DNA from: Candidatus Omnitrophota bacterium
GTDB taxonomy: Bacteria > Omnitrophota > Gorgyraeia > Gygaellales > Profunditerraquicolaceae
Length of the DNA stretch: 60,996 nt
Assembly: GCA_028710405.1 (NCBI GenBank)
Contig: JAQTUD010000001.1
Location: 1 to 60,996, forward strand
Reading direction: 5' to 3'
Translations under genes and position numbers: made by a program
Part shown: piece by piece, positions 42,401-49,795 of the stretch
Layout: each line of letters opens with the position of its first letter
How positions within the stretch are numbered: the stretch's first letter is position 1
Notes under the pieces: model-generated
The model's input: only the letters and a program-made list of their open reading frames with translations
Database searches by the model: none
What the model was told of the DNA's origin: nothing

Positions 42401-42902
42401 GCCAGGTCCCGCGGTAAGGGATGATCCGTCCGTAAAATATCTCTTTTCCGGTAGGGTGCGCTTCCTCTTCAAATGAAACGCCGGGGGAACGCTGTAATTG
42501 GCTTACCACTACACGCTCGTCACCGTTAATAATAAAAGTACCAGTGGCAGTCATTAGCGGCATATCGCCGAAATAAGCGTCCTGCTCTTTGGCCTCGCGG
42601 GGAGTAGTCAACCTGAATTTCAGCTTCAGGGGAGCGGCATAACTTAGCGCCCGCCTCACACATTCGTCGATATTGAACCTGGGTTTCCCCAGGGAATAAC
42701 TAATAAATTCTAACTTTATAGAACTATTGTTATTCTCTATAGGGAATAATTCAGCGAAGACTTCCTGTAGCCCCTGGTTCTTGCGTTCTGAAACAGGAAT
42801 ATCCATCTGCAGAAATTCGCGGTAGGACTCCAGCTGCACATCCAGAAGGTTAGGCAGGTCGTAAACTTCCTTTATCTTGGCAAAATTTTTACGTTTAATC
42901 AT
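39498..42902 (-). CDS. rpoB: DNA-directed RNA polymerase beta subunit
   Basis: 1134 aa. Its stop is 1 nt before the rpoC start. Confidence 0.98.
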   Translation of the reverse strand: MIKRKNFAKIKEVYDLPNLLDVQLESYREFLQMDIPVSERKNQGLQEVFAELFPIENNNSSIKLEFISYSLGKPRFNIDECVRRALSYAAPLKLKFRLTTPREAKEQDAYFGDMPLMTATGTFIINGDERVVVSQLQRSPGVSFEEEAHPTGKEIFYGRIIPYRGTWLEFKYDLSETIIAYVDRRRNFPATQILRILGFSTNQDIITAFGTEHPEITNTLKKDYTTSKEEAYLDFYRKMRPTEPVTKDAAEGLFYRLFFDPARYDLERAGRFILNRKLGMDVSLDKRILDSDTVIKVMEYLINLKKGIGKIDDIDHLGNRRIKTVGELVQNQVRIGLARVERSIRERLSILGDTDAFNVHYLINSKLLSNQIRDFFARSQLSQFMDQVNPLAEMTHKRRLSALGPGGLSRERAGFEVRDIHPSHYGRVCPIETPEGPNIGLIASLSSFARVNPLGLLETPYRKVEDGRVTKKIDYLTADIEEDKVIAQASVPLNEEGYFAEREVSCRYKNDFPKVPGKQVEYMDVSPKQLISVAASLIPFLEHDDANRALMGSNMQRQAVPLMITDPPLVGTEMEGKVARDSGTVVISESSGKVTNVDSSSITIGKKIYHLRKFLRTNADTCLNQRPLVKLGQHVDAGEVIADGIATKSGELALGKNVLCAFLPWRGYNFEDAILISEKLVKEDAFTSIHVEEFETEATETRLGNEEVTRDIPNVSEEALRNLDETGVIRIGAEVTPGDILVGKITPKTDSEPSPEERLLRAIFGEKAGDVRDTSLVVPPGVEGVVIDVHVFQRKDRGRKSKEEKSKELAKIKELKAYYKQEIEFVEAEKVLRLSQLLGVDKKKLEKMDLSNNEEAKILSASFQEQVQELIAEEEQEIEKVRRGDELPAGVLKRAVVYIATKRRLSEGDKLAGRHGNKGVVARIIPQEDMPYMPDGTPVEVVLNPLGVPSRMNVGQILECHLGWAAKALGLQVSCPVFDGATEEEIKDMLKKAGLSEDGKTILYDGHTGAAFDQKVTVGYLYIMKLIHLVDEKIHARSIGPYSLVTQQPLGGKAQFGGQRLGEMEVWALEAYGAAFTLQEMLTVKSDDVAGRTRIYEAIVKGEQRLTHGTPESFNVLIKELHGLCLDIRTEKAK

Positions 42903-42924
42903 AATTTATAATGTTAGAAATGTG

Positions 42925-42976
42925 ATTGCTTCACCCTTGACACAAGTGTCAAGGGTTCGCAATGACGACCCTTGAG
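42925..42976 (-). promoter_or_regulatory. rplL-rpoB intercistronic hairpin with an alternative upstream pairing partner
   Basis: Hairpin ATTGC-TTC-ACCCTTGAC-loop-GTCAAGGGT-TC-GCAAT spans 42925-42963. A third segment, ACCCTTGA at 42968-42975, can pair with the same GTCAAGGGT. Confidence 0.55.
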
Positions 42977-42982
42977 ACGCCG

Positions 42983-43369
42983 TTATTTTAACTCTACGGT
43001 CGCTCCGGCTGCTTCCAGCTTCTTCTTCATCTCTTCGGCTTCTTCTTTGGTAGCGCCTTCTTTTACCGGTTTAGGGGCTCCATCTACTAAGTCCTTGGCT
43101 TCTTTCAGACCTAAGCTGGTCATGCCCCTTACTTCCTTGATCACGGAGATCTTATTCGCTCCGGCGCTCGTCAGGACTACGGTAAAGGTGCTTTTCTCTT
43201 CGGCTGCGGGAGCGGCTGCTCCGGCTCCGGCACCACCCATAGGGACGGCCATCATCGGGGCATTGGCTTTCACGTCAAACTTCACCTCTAAGGCCTTCAC
43301 CAAGTCGGAGAGCTCTAAAACCGTCATCTCTTCAATACTCTTGATCAATTCTTCCATTTTTGCTGCCAT
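42983..43369 (-). CDS. rplL: 50S ribosomal protein L7/L12
   Basis: 128 aa. Has the Ala/Gly hinge, and the C-terminal domain ends ...[17 protein letters not shown]. Confidence 0.97.
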   Translation of the reverse strand: MAAKMEELIKSIEEMTVLELSDLVKALEVKFDVKANAPMMAVPMGGAGAGAAAPAAEEKSTFTVVLTSAGANKISVIKEVRGMTSLGLKEAKDLVDGAPKPVKEGATKEEAEEMKKKLEAAGATVELK

Positions 43370-43379
43370 CTCTTCCTCC

Positions 43380-43907
43380 TTATTTCTCTCTCTTCATTTT
43401 TATCTGATCTATACAATAAACAAACTTCGCCAATACCTGGTTTAATGTCACTACTAAACCTGATATCGGCGAACTTAATGCCATCACTACCTGGGCCCTT
43501 AAGACTTCCTTGCTGGGGAGCTTGGCCATTGCCTGTATGTCGCTGGCAGCCAGGAGCTTTTCTTCTAACAGGCCGGCTTCTATTTTTAGTTGCTCATGGC
43601 CTTTAGAAAAATTACAGAGCGCGCGAGAAGTATTTACCGGCTCGTCCTTGACAAAGATAACCCCACAGGGGCCTTCTATTGATTTGACCAAGGATTCCAA
43701 TCCCGCGTCCTTGAGGGCGCGCCTGGCTACGGCATTCTTTATCACAAATAAAGATGCCCGGGAATCTTTTAAGGACTGCCTTAGCGAAGTCATGTCCGGG
43801 CTGGATAAACCGGAATATTTTACGATGAAGACAGCGTTGGAATCTTTTAGATTATCCTTTATGCGGTCCTGCGATGCCTCTTTTACTATTACGCCCAGTT
43901 TTTTCAT
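43380..43907 (-). CDS. rplJ: 50S ribosomal protein L10
   Basis: 175 aa. Its start overlaps the rplA stop (ATGA). Confidence 0.95.
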   Translation of the reverse strand: MKKLGVIVKEASQDRIKDNLKDSNAVFIVKYSGLSSPDMTSLRQSLKDSRASLFVIKNAVARRALKDAGLESLVKSIEGPCGVIFVKDEPVNTSRALCNFSKGHEQLKIEAGLLEEKLLAASDIQAMAKLPSKEVLRAQVVMALSSPISGLVVTLNQVLAKFVYCIDQIKMKREK

Positions 43908-44584
43908 AAGGCCAACCTCATCCCAGGATTCATAGAACTGGATAAAAACAGGCTCTCCACAAATTTGCCCTTCACTGAAGCGGGTTTTGCCTCATTCAAG
44001 GCGGTGATAACGCAGGAGGCATTATCATATAACTTATCTTCTTCAAAAGAAACCTTGCCTACGGAAAGATGCACGCCACCCTGTTTATCTACGCGGAATT
44101 CTACCTTACCCCTGCGGACATCTTCAATCGCCTTTTTAATATCATTGGTAACCGTGCCTGTCTTGGGGCTAGGCATCAGGCCGCGGGGGCCCAGGACCTT
44201 CCCAAGCTTACTTAGATCTTTCATCATCTCCGGAGTGGCAATGGCGCAATCAAAATCCATTAGGCCGGCGGCTACCTTATCAATGAGTTCATTGCCGCCT
44301 ACCAGGTCAGCCTGCGCTTCCCTGGCTATTTTTTCGTGCTCGCCGCGGCAGAAGACCGCGACCTTAATCTTTTTTCCCGTCCCATGGGGTAATACGACCG
44401 TGCCACGCACCATCTGATCGGACTTCTTTGAATCTATATTTAAAGAGAAATGCAGGTCCACGGAACTATCAAATTTAGGAGCAGGCATTTTCTTTAATAA
44501 CGCAACCGCCTCTCTTAATTGATAAGTCTTGGCCGGGTCGCTGAGTTTTGCCGATTCCTTATATCTTTTACTGCGCGTCTTCAT
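43904..44584 (-). CDS. rplA: 50S ribosomal protein L1
   Basis: 226 aa, recognised by sequence and operon order. Confidence 0.97.
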   Translation of the reverse strand: MKTRSKRYKESAKLSDPAKTYQLREAVALLKKMPAPKFDSSVDLHFSLNIDSKKSDQMVRGTVVLPHGTGKKIKVAVFCRGEHEKIAREAQADLVGGNELIDKVAAGLMDFDCAIATPEMMKDLSKLGKVLGPRGLMPSPKTGTVTNDIKKAIEDVRRGKVEFRVDKQGGVHLSVGKVSFEEDKLYDNASCVITALNEAKPASVKGKFVESLFLSSSMNPGMRLAL

Positions 44585-44590
44585 TAGAAC

Positions 44591-45016
44591 TTACCCCTCA
44601 ATCACAATACCCATGCTTCTGGCGGTCCCCTCTACGATCTTTAACGCCTTGGTTAAATCAGTGCTGTTTAAATCCTGCATCTTCTGCTTGGCGATCTCTT
44701 CTGCCTGCTTACGGGTAACCTTTCCGATTGTCTCTTTGCCGGCTGTCCCCGATGCCTTTGCCAGATTGGCCGCGCGCTTTAAGAGCACTGAAGAAGGCGG
44801 ACTCTTAATAATAAAGGTAAAGGTCCTATCTTCGTATACGCTAATAACCGCCGGCAGGATAAGGCCGTCACGGTCCTTGGTCTGATCGTTAAATTGCTTG
44901 CAGAACTGCATGATGTTAACGCCATGCTGGCCTAATGCCGGCCCTACCGGAGGCGCCGGGTTTGCCTGGCCTGCCGGGACATGAAGCTTGATTTGCGCGG
45001 TGATCTTCTTAGCCAT
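44591..45016 (-). CDS. rplK: 50S ribosomal protein L11
   Basis: 141 aa. Contains ...[23 protein letters not shown]. Confidence 0.98.
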   Translation of the reverse strand: MAKKITAQIKLHVPAGQANPAPPVGPALGQHGVNIMQFCKQFNDQTKDRDGLILPAVISVYEDRTFTFIIKSPPSSVLLKRAANLAKASGTAGKETIGKVTRKQAEEIAKQKMQDLNSTDLTKALKIVEGTARSMGIVIEG

Positions 45017-45544
45017 CTATACTTTCTCCACTTGCCAATATTCCAGCTCTACCGGGGTGGCCCGGCCAAATATAGAAACGCTTACCTTGACCTTGCCCTT
45101 TTCAGGATGCAACTCCTCCACGGTACCGTTAAAATTCAGGAACGGGCCTTCCGTCACCCTGACCTGCTCGCCTTTCTCAAAGATTATCTTGGGGCTGGGC
45201 TTGGCCTGGGTCTCCTGCGTCCTCTTTAAGATGTTATCTACTTCGCCCTGCGGCAGAGGGACGGGTTTCTTGCCTAAACCGATAAAACCGGTCACCCCGG
45301 GAGTATTCTTTACAAAAAGATAGGTTTCTTCATTTAATTCCATCTCCACCAGAAGATAACCTGGGAAGAACTTTCTCTGCGAGATCTTTTTTTTACCGGA
45401 ACGCACCTCGGAGATCTGCTCCGTGGGGATGATCACCTTAGAAATCAATTCCTCCATATGCATAGAGGTAACCCTGTTACCCAGGGTCTTGCGAACTTTC
45501 TCCTCGGAACCCGTTTGTGCGTGGACTACATACCAGTTCTTCAT
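45017..45544 (-). CDS. nusG: transcription termination/antitermination factor NusG
   Basis: 175 aa. The N-terminal NGN domain starts MKNWYVVHAQTGSEEKV, and there is a C-terminal KOW domain. Confidence 0.96.
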   Translation of the reverse strand: MKNWYVVHAQTGSEEKVRKTLGNRVTSMHMEELISKVIIPTEQISEVRSGKKKISQRKFFPGYLLVEMELNEETYLFVKNTPGVTGFIGLGKKPVPLPQGEVDNILKRTQETQAKPSPKIIFEKGEQVRVTEGPFLNFNGTVEELHPEKGKVKVSVSIFGRATPVELEYWQVEKV

Positions 45545-45804
45545 TTAAACAATAGGCTCAATATCTTGGAAAGCGCCAAGTCCACCGCGCCGATAAAAAC
45601 GGCCACGATCAATGTAGATACTATAACCACAGCCGTAGAACCCATTAATTCCTTGCGCGTTGACCATGCGACCTTTCCTAATTCCTGCTTTACTTCAATA
45701 ATAAACGTCTTTATTTTCTGGTAATATTTGATAGCCGCGCCGATTAATATCGCGGCAGTAACAGCTAAAATGATATTCTTGATGTTATTTGCCAAAAACT
45801 CCAT
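45541..45804 (-). CDS. secE: preprotein translocase subunit SecE
   Basis: 87 aa. The C-terminal part has the conserved E.KKV.WP..-type motif (ELGKVAWSTRKEL) followed by a TM helix. Confidence 0.9.
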   Translation of the reverse strand: MEFLANNIKNIILAVTAAILIGAAIKYYQKIKTFIIEVKQELGKVAWSTRKELMGSTAVVIVSTLIVAVFIGAVDLALSKILSLLFK

Positions 45805-45844
45805 TCTTTGCCTCTTTTTTAGTCCAAGTCCTTTTTTAATTCTA

Positions 45845-45915
45845 CAGGAGCGGCAGGACTTGAACCTGCAGTCACGGTTTTGGAGACCGTTGGTTTGCCA
45901 TTAACCGACGCCCCT
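45845..45915 (-). tRNA. tRNA-Trp (anticodon CCA)
   Basis: Hand-folded cloverleaf. Acceptor AGGGGCG/CGCTCCT, anticodon loop CUCCAAA, T-loop TTCAAGT. No encoded CCA. Confidence 0.9.
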
Positions 45916-45926
45916 ATTACTATAGA

Positions 45927-46076
45927 CTATTTAATTTCTTTATGGGGGGTGTGTTTATGACAATACTTGCAAAACTTACCCAGTTCTAACCTGTCCTGGT
46001 GCTTTTTTTTATTCTTCTTAGTAGTATAATTCCTGTTTTTACAGACCGTGCATTCTAATGTAATGATTTCGCGCAT
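45927..46076 (-). CDS. rpmG: 50S ribosomal protein L33 (Cys4 zinc form)
   Basis: Not in the ORF track. Hand translation gives [49 protein letters not shown] followed by a stop. Confidence 0.92.
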   Translation of the reverse strand: MREIITLECTVCKNRNYTTKKNKKKHQDRLELGKFCKYCHKHTPHKEIK

Positions 46077-46099
46077 ATGGCTTTGATTTCTTTAAACTA

Positions 46100-46172
46100 A
46101 GCTGGAGACGAGAATTGAACTCGTGACCCCGTCCTTACCAAGGACGTGCTCTGCCGACTGAGCTACTCCAGC
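46100..46172 (-). tRNA. tRNA-Thr (anticodon GGU)
   Basis: Hand-folded cloverleaf. Acceptor GCTGGAG/CTCCAGC, D-arm GCTC-AGTCGGCA-GAGC, anticodon loop UUGGUAA, T-loop TTCAATT. Confidence 0.9.
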
Positions 46173-46297
46173 AATTTTGGACTTGCCCGTCGACTAAATA
46201 AAAAAAAACACCCTAAGAATTTTTAGTAAAAATTCTTTTTTAAATCTTTTATGTCCCTAATATAAACTGATTATTCGGGATTTTTGCAGAGATAAGA

Positions 46298-46326
46298 AGT
46301 ATATATTAAAATTCCTGCTTTGTCAA
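46298..46326 (-). promoter_or_regulatory. sigma70-like promoter upstream of tRNA-Thr/rpmG/tRNA-Trp/secE
   Basis: Minus strand reads TTGACA (46326-46321), a 17-nt spacer, then TATACT (46303-46298). Confidence 0.5.
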
Positions 46327-46337
46327 TCTTTTTTTAC

Positions 46338-46380
46338 TGTAAAACAAGGGCCCGGTTCCGGTTAGGATAGCCGGGCCCTT
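46338..46380 (-). terminator. intrinsic terminator after the cold-shock gene
   Basis: Minus-strand RNA reads AAGGGCCCGG, a 15-nt loop, CCGGGCCCUU, then GUUUU. It starts 11 nt after the stop at 46392. Confidence 0.75.
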
Positions 46381-46391
46381 ACCTTCATCAA

Positions 46392-46592
46392 TTAGAGCTT
46401 TACAACTTTAGTAGCTTGTTCGCCTTTGGGACCTTTTTCAATCTCAAACTCTACTTCCTGTCCCTCATCTAAAGTCTTATATCCCTCACCCTGAATTGCG
46501 CTATGATGCACAAACACATCATTGCCAGACTCAGGAGTAATGAATCCGTAGCCTTTTTGATTGGAGAACCACTTTACTTTACCTTTTGCCAT
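46392..46592 (-). CDS. cold-shock domain protein (CspA family)
   Basis: Start trimmed to ATG 46592 ([18 protein letters not shown]...VFVHHSAI), which follows GGAAGGTGG. The RNP1/RNP2 motifs KGYGFI and VFVHHS are present. Confidence 0.93.
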   Translation of the reverse strand: MAKGKVKWFSNQKGYGFITPESGNDVFVHHSAIQGEGYKTLDEGQEVEFEIEKGPKGEQATKVVKL

Positions 46593-46637
46593 TCTAATCC
46601 ACCTTCCTTTCTTGAAAAAATTGTAGCGTACTGCATA

Positions 46638-46677
46638 AACAAAAAACCGCAAGGCAGTCATCCCTCATGCCTTACGG
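46638..46677 (-). promoter_or_regulatory. terminator-like hairpin inside the csp 5' leader (candidate attenuator)
   Basis: Minus-strand RNA reads CCGUAAGGCA, an 11-nt loop, UGCCUUGCGG, then UUUUUUGUUU. The one non-Watson-Crick pair is G-U on the minus strand and C-A on the plus strand. Confidence 0.5.
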
Positions 46678-46714
46678 CTTTCGAGTACCACTTCCTTCAT
46701 TTACTACGTAAAGG

Positions 46715-46742
46715 AGTATACACTATTTTTCTGCCTTGTCAA
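46715..46742 (-). promoter_or_regulatory. sigma70-like promoter for the cold-shock gene
   Basis: Minus strand reads TTGACA (46742-46737), a 16-nt spacer, then TATACT (46720-46715). This implies a leader of about 115 nt. Confidence 0.5.
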
Positions 46743-46777
46743 GAAAATATTCCAATTCTTTCGCGTGTGTCTTGTCT

Positions 46778-46852
46778 GGGTTTCTCGGGAACGCTCGCCC
46801 CGCCCCAGCGTGGCGGGGCTTCGCTCGGTTCGGCTGCGTCGCTCTCCCGCAT
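46778..46852. repeat. left arm of an imperfect ~75-nt inverted repeat, containing hairpin GCCCCGCC-CCAGCGT-GGCGGGGC
   Basis: Homologous, in inverted orientation, to 47076-47152. The shared blocks are CGCT.G, CCCCAGCGTGG, CTTCGCTC and TCGCTCTC. The hairpin stem differs but stays complementary. Confidence 0.7.
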
Positions 46853-47011
46853 CCGGGCCCTAGATAAAATATTTTTTTAATTTAGGAGCCGGCTGCGGGA
46901 ACCTTGCCCGCTCCTTGCCTCCACGTCCCTCGAAATCCCAGCCAATCCATCCGCTAAGACTTCCAAAAGCCACAATCTTATTGAAACTATCCCATATCTT
47001 TTTGCGGGGGA

Positions 47012-47157
47012 CGGGCGGGTTTTGAGCGGCACGTAAGGAAGCCTGAGCGGGCATGGTTCGCCCTCTGTTTGCGAAGTCTGCGAGAGCGAGGGCTTCCGTC
47101 AGAGCGAAGATTTTCCACGCTGGGGAAAATCAAGCGGTGACGCGAAGAACCCGCCCG
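47012..47157. other. candidate structured RNA domain (multi-helix junction closed by a 10-bp stem)
   Basis: CGGGCGGGTT (47012-47021) pairs with AACCCGCCCG (47148-47157). Inside are GGAAGCC/GGCTTCC (47037-47043 with 47091-47097) and hairpin 47109-47131. Local GC is clearly above the flanking genes. There is no credible ORF. Confidence 0.35.
47076..47152. repeat. right arm of the inverted repeat, containing hairpin GATTTTCC-ACGCTGG-GGAAAATC
   Basis: This is the reverse-complement homologue of 46778-46852. The loop sequence is conserved and the stem has changed in a compensatory way (CCCCG/CGGGG versus ATTTT/AAAAT). Confidence 0.7.
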
Positions 47158-47173
47158 GCAACCGTAAAACCGA

Positions 47174-47959
47174 TTATGAGACGATATTTGAGAGATTGGC
47201 GAAATCTAGAAGGGAGAGTTTTTCCGGGCGGGTGTTCGGGTCTATCTTTTGGGCCTTAAAAAAATCATTGAGCCTATCCGCCGGGATCAACTCGGAGAGG
47301 CTGTTACGCAGGGTCTTTCTTCTCTGGCCAAAGGCGGCGCGGATGAGCTTAAAAAATAATTTTTCGTCCTTAGGGTTTACCGCCGGATGCGGCCTGACAA
47401 CAAGCTTTAACAAAGAAGAATCTACTTTTGGCACTGGAGAAAAAGAATTCTTTTTGATATCAAAGACTATTTCCGGTTCCAGATAATACTGCACAAAACA
47501 ACTAAACGCCCCGTATTCCTTGCCCCCGGGCGGAGAAACTACTCTCCGAGCGAACTCCTTCTGCACGGTAATAAAGATATCCTGGATCACCGCCCGATGT
47601 TCAATAAGATGCTCTAAAATGGGGCTGGAGATGTAATAAGGAATGTTTCCCACTACTCTTATTCTCTTACCCGCGAAATAACGCTTCAAGTCTAATTTTA
47701 ATATATCCTTATTTATTACCTCTATATTAAGGAAGGCTTTCAGATTATCTTTTAAGATAGGACAGAGTGAGCTGTCAATCTCCAGGGCATAGACCTGGCC
47801 GGCCTTCTCGGCGATTAAAACGGTAATTTCCCCTCTGCCGGCCCCTATCTCCAATACGGCATCTTTTCCATCCAGAGAAAGAGAATCAATGATCTTTGTC
47901 CGGATATTCTTATCAATAAGGAAATTTTGCCCTAGGCTTTTTTTAGGTTTAAGGCGCAT
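47174..47959 (-). CDS. rsmA: 16S rRNA (adenine1518/1519-N6)-dimethyltransferase
   Basis: 261 aa. Has KKSLGQNFL and the SAM motif VLEIGAGRGEIT. Confidence 0.93.
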   Translation of the reverse strand: MRLKPKKSLGQNFLIDKNIRTKIIDSLSLDGKDAVLEIGAGRGEITVLIAEKAGQVYALEIDSSLCPILKDNLKAFLNIEVINKDILKLDLKRYFAGKRIRVVGNIPYYISSPILEHLIEHRAVIQDIFITVQKEFARRVVSPPGGKEYGAFSCFVQYYLEPEIVFDIKKNSFSPVPKVDSSLLKLVVRPHPAVNPKDEKLFFKLIRAAFGQRRKTLRNSLSELIPADRLNDFFKAQKIDPNTRPEKLSLLDFANLSNIVS

Positions 47960-48909
47960 TTTACCGCTAACTTGATTGCTTCAATAAGAGAATTGGGATC
48001 GGCGCGGCGCGGCGTGGCAGCAATATCAAAAGCCGTGCCGTGCAAAGGCGAGGTTCTGACAAAGGGGAGCCCGACGGTGAGGTTTACAGAATGGTCAAAT
48101 CCCGATAATTTCAGGGGGATCAACGCCTGGTCATGATAAGGAGTTATTATACAGTCATATTCCCGCCTGTTTGCTTTATAAATAGCCGCATCAGCCGAAA
48201 GCGGGCCGTCAATATACAATTTAAATTTATCCCGCAATATTGCTAACGCCGGCTTAATCACCTCGTTCTCCTCACAACCTATGACCCCGTTATCTGAGGC
48301 ATGAGGGTTCAGGCCGCAAAATACTATCCGCGGATGCCCTATTTTAAACATCTCCCTTAAGGCGCGGTAGGCCATGAAGGCGTTGATAATTATCAAATCG
48401 TTACTGATACTGCCTGAGACTTTAGCCAAAGGGATATGGCGCGTAAGCAGGCTAAACTTAAGCCTCCTGTTTAAAAGCATCATAATGAAATCACTTGTAT
48501 CCGTACGGCTGGCCAGGTATTCAGTGTGGCCCAGAAAACCCTTAAGGCCGGCCAGATTTACCGCCTCTTTAGATATAGGGCAGGTCACCAGGCAATCTAT
48601 CTGTTTTTCGGTAATCAATTCCAGGGCTTTATCCAGATATTCAACAGAGGCCTTACCGTATTCCGCCCTGATCTGCCCGAAAGAAAAACTATCCTGTGAT
48701 ACGTTATTTAGACCTACAAACCTCTTACTCGATCCTAGATGCTGGATACTCGATACCTTATCCAATACCCCTTTATCTCCGATAACCACGAATTCAGCAA
48801 ACCCCTTTAATTTCTTGAGCGCTTTCAAGGTAATCGCCGGGCCGATACCGCTGGGATCGCCTATAGTAATACCAACCTTAATCTTGGATGATCTTGATAT
48901 AGGATTCAT
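47932..48909 (-). CDS. pdxA: 4-hydroxythreonine-4-phosphate dehydrogenase
   Basis: 325 aa. Has ITIGDPSGIGP, GHTE and LNPHA..NG contexts. Sits in the classic surA-pdxA-rsmA order. Confidence 0.9.
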   Translation of the reverse strand: MNPISRSSKIKVGITIGDPSGIGPAITLKALKKLKGFAEFVVIGDKGVLDKVSSIQHLGSSKRFVGLNNVSQDSFSFGQIRAEYGKASVEYLDKALELITEKQIDCLVTCPISKEAVNLAGLKGFLGHTEYLASRTDTSDFIMMLLNRRLKFSLLTRHIPLAKVSGSISNDLIIINAFMAYRALREMFKIGHPRIVFCGLNPHASDNGVIGCEENEVIKPALAILRDKFKLYIDGPLSADAAIYKANRREYDCIITPYHDQALIPLKLSGFDHSVNLTVGLPFVRTSPLHGTAFDIAATPRRADPNSLIEAIKLAVKCALNLKKA

Positions 48910-49795
48910 TCTTTAAGGTATCCAGCCATTTCTTCAATTCTTCCTGGAACTTCGCCTCGGTTAGAAGGTCGTTTATCTTATCCTGAACCTCGAAAAGAGT
49001 AAGCTGCACAGAAGCGCTGATATTATCCAACCTAAAAATATAGTATTTCCCGTCGATCCTGACCGGAGCAGATACCCCTGCGACTTTTAGGCCAAAGACC
49101 GTGCGGCTTATTTCTTTCCTTAATTCCTCGTCTTCTGAAACGTCCAGGCGGTTAGGCTGCACGGAGTACTTAGATGCCAATTCCTCTATGCCCTGGCCTT
49201 TCTTTAATTCGTTAAAAAATGCCCTGGCAGAACCCTCGTCTTCCAGCGTTACCACTTCCAGCTGGAACTCCCGCGGGCTCATAAATTTATCCTTATGCGT
49301 ATCGTAAAATGCCGTGACTTCCTCCGGCCTGACTATAATCTTGCTGCGCACCTTCTGCTCTATCAGGTAATACATTAAAAGCTGCTCTCTGATCCTGGCC
49401 TCAATATCCGCCTGGACTAGCCCTTGGGCGGCTATTGCCTTCTGGAATTCCGCCTCAGAACTATAACGGCCTTTTATCTCCTTAAGGCGCCCCTCTATCC
49501 TGGCCTGCTCCACCTTAATCTCGCTCTTCTTTGCCTCCTGCAGGATCAAACGGTCTTCAATTAATTTATTACGCAGGTCCGGCAGCATCGCGCGGATCTT
49601 TTCTTCTAACTGCTGGCCTGAATTCTCTTGCGATAACTGCATACGCATAAAATGCATAAAATCATTCAGGTCTTTCTGGGTAATAATGTCATTATTGACG
49701 ATAGCGATAATTTTATCCTGCGCGTAAAGACACGCACCAGGACGTAAGATACAGAGCGTGGATAAAAAAACTAAAGCCAGGATCATCTTTTTCAT
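48878..49795 (-). CDS. surA: periplasmic SurA-like chaperone / parvulin-type peptidyl-prolyl isomerase
   Basis: Start trimmed to ATG 49795 (MKKMILALVFLSTLCIL... signal peptide), which overlaps the mfd stop (ATGA). Lies in the surA-pdxA-rsmA context. Confidence 0.8.
   Translation of the reverse strand: MKKMILALVFLSTLCILRPGACLYAQDKIIAIVNNDIITQKDLNDFMHFMRMQLSQENSGQQLEEKIRAMLPDLRNKLIEDRLILQEAKKSEIKVEQARIEGRLKEIKGRYSSEAEFQKAIAAQGLVQADIEARIREQLLMYYLIEQKVRSKIIVRPEEVTAFYDTHKDKFMSPREFQLEVVTLEDEGSARAFFNELKKGQGIEELASKYSVQPNRLDVSEDEELRKEISRTVFGLKVAGVSAPVRIDGKYYIFRLDNISASVQLTLFEVQDKINDLLTEAKFQEELKKWLDTLKNESYIKIIQD

Noticed and set aside
46193-46245. An all-A/U palindrome, AAGAATTTTTA-G-TAAAAATTCTT, flanked by A9 and T5, between the promoter and tRNA-Thr. 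It could be a bidirectional terminator.
   Set aside because: The stem contains only two G-C pairs (G17-C35 and its neighbours are A-T) and is very weak. It would terminate the tRNA/rpmG/secE transcript just after its own promoter. It is probably an AT-rich spacer or UP-like sequence, and it is left unannotated.
46860-47054. A 64-aa minus-strand ORF (MPAQASLRAAQNPPVPRKK...) in the GC-rich gap, with a possible GAGGG ribosome-binding site 6 nt upstream.
   Set aside because: It has no recognisable domain. Its composition is driven by the GC-rich structured region, and it spans the predicted helices and the inverted-repeat arm. It cannot be fully excluded as a small protein, but there is no positive evidence for one.
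47012-47157. Identification of the structured domain as RNase P RNA, tmRNA, SRP RNA, 6S RNA, or a TPP or cobalamin riboswitch.
   Set aside because: The hallmark sequences are absent on both strands by eye. These are GGAAAGUCCGGGC and ACAGAACCCGGCUUA for RNase P, a tRNA-like GGUUCGA.UCC end for tmRNA, the GGAA-tetraloop helix 8 with AGCA/GGAA loops for SRP, CUGAGA for TPP, and the B12 box for cobalamin. A covariance-model search is still needed.
47053-47259. A 68-aa plus-strand ORF overlapping the 3' end of rsmA.
   Set aside because: It is Arg-rich and low-complexity, runs antisense to a conserved gene end, and has no RBS.
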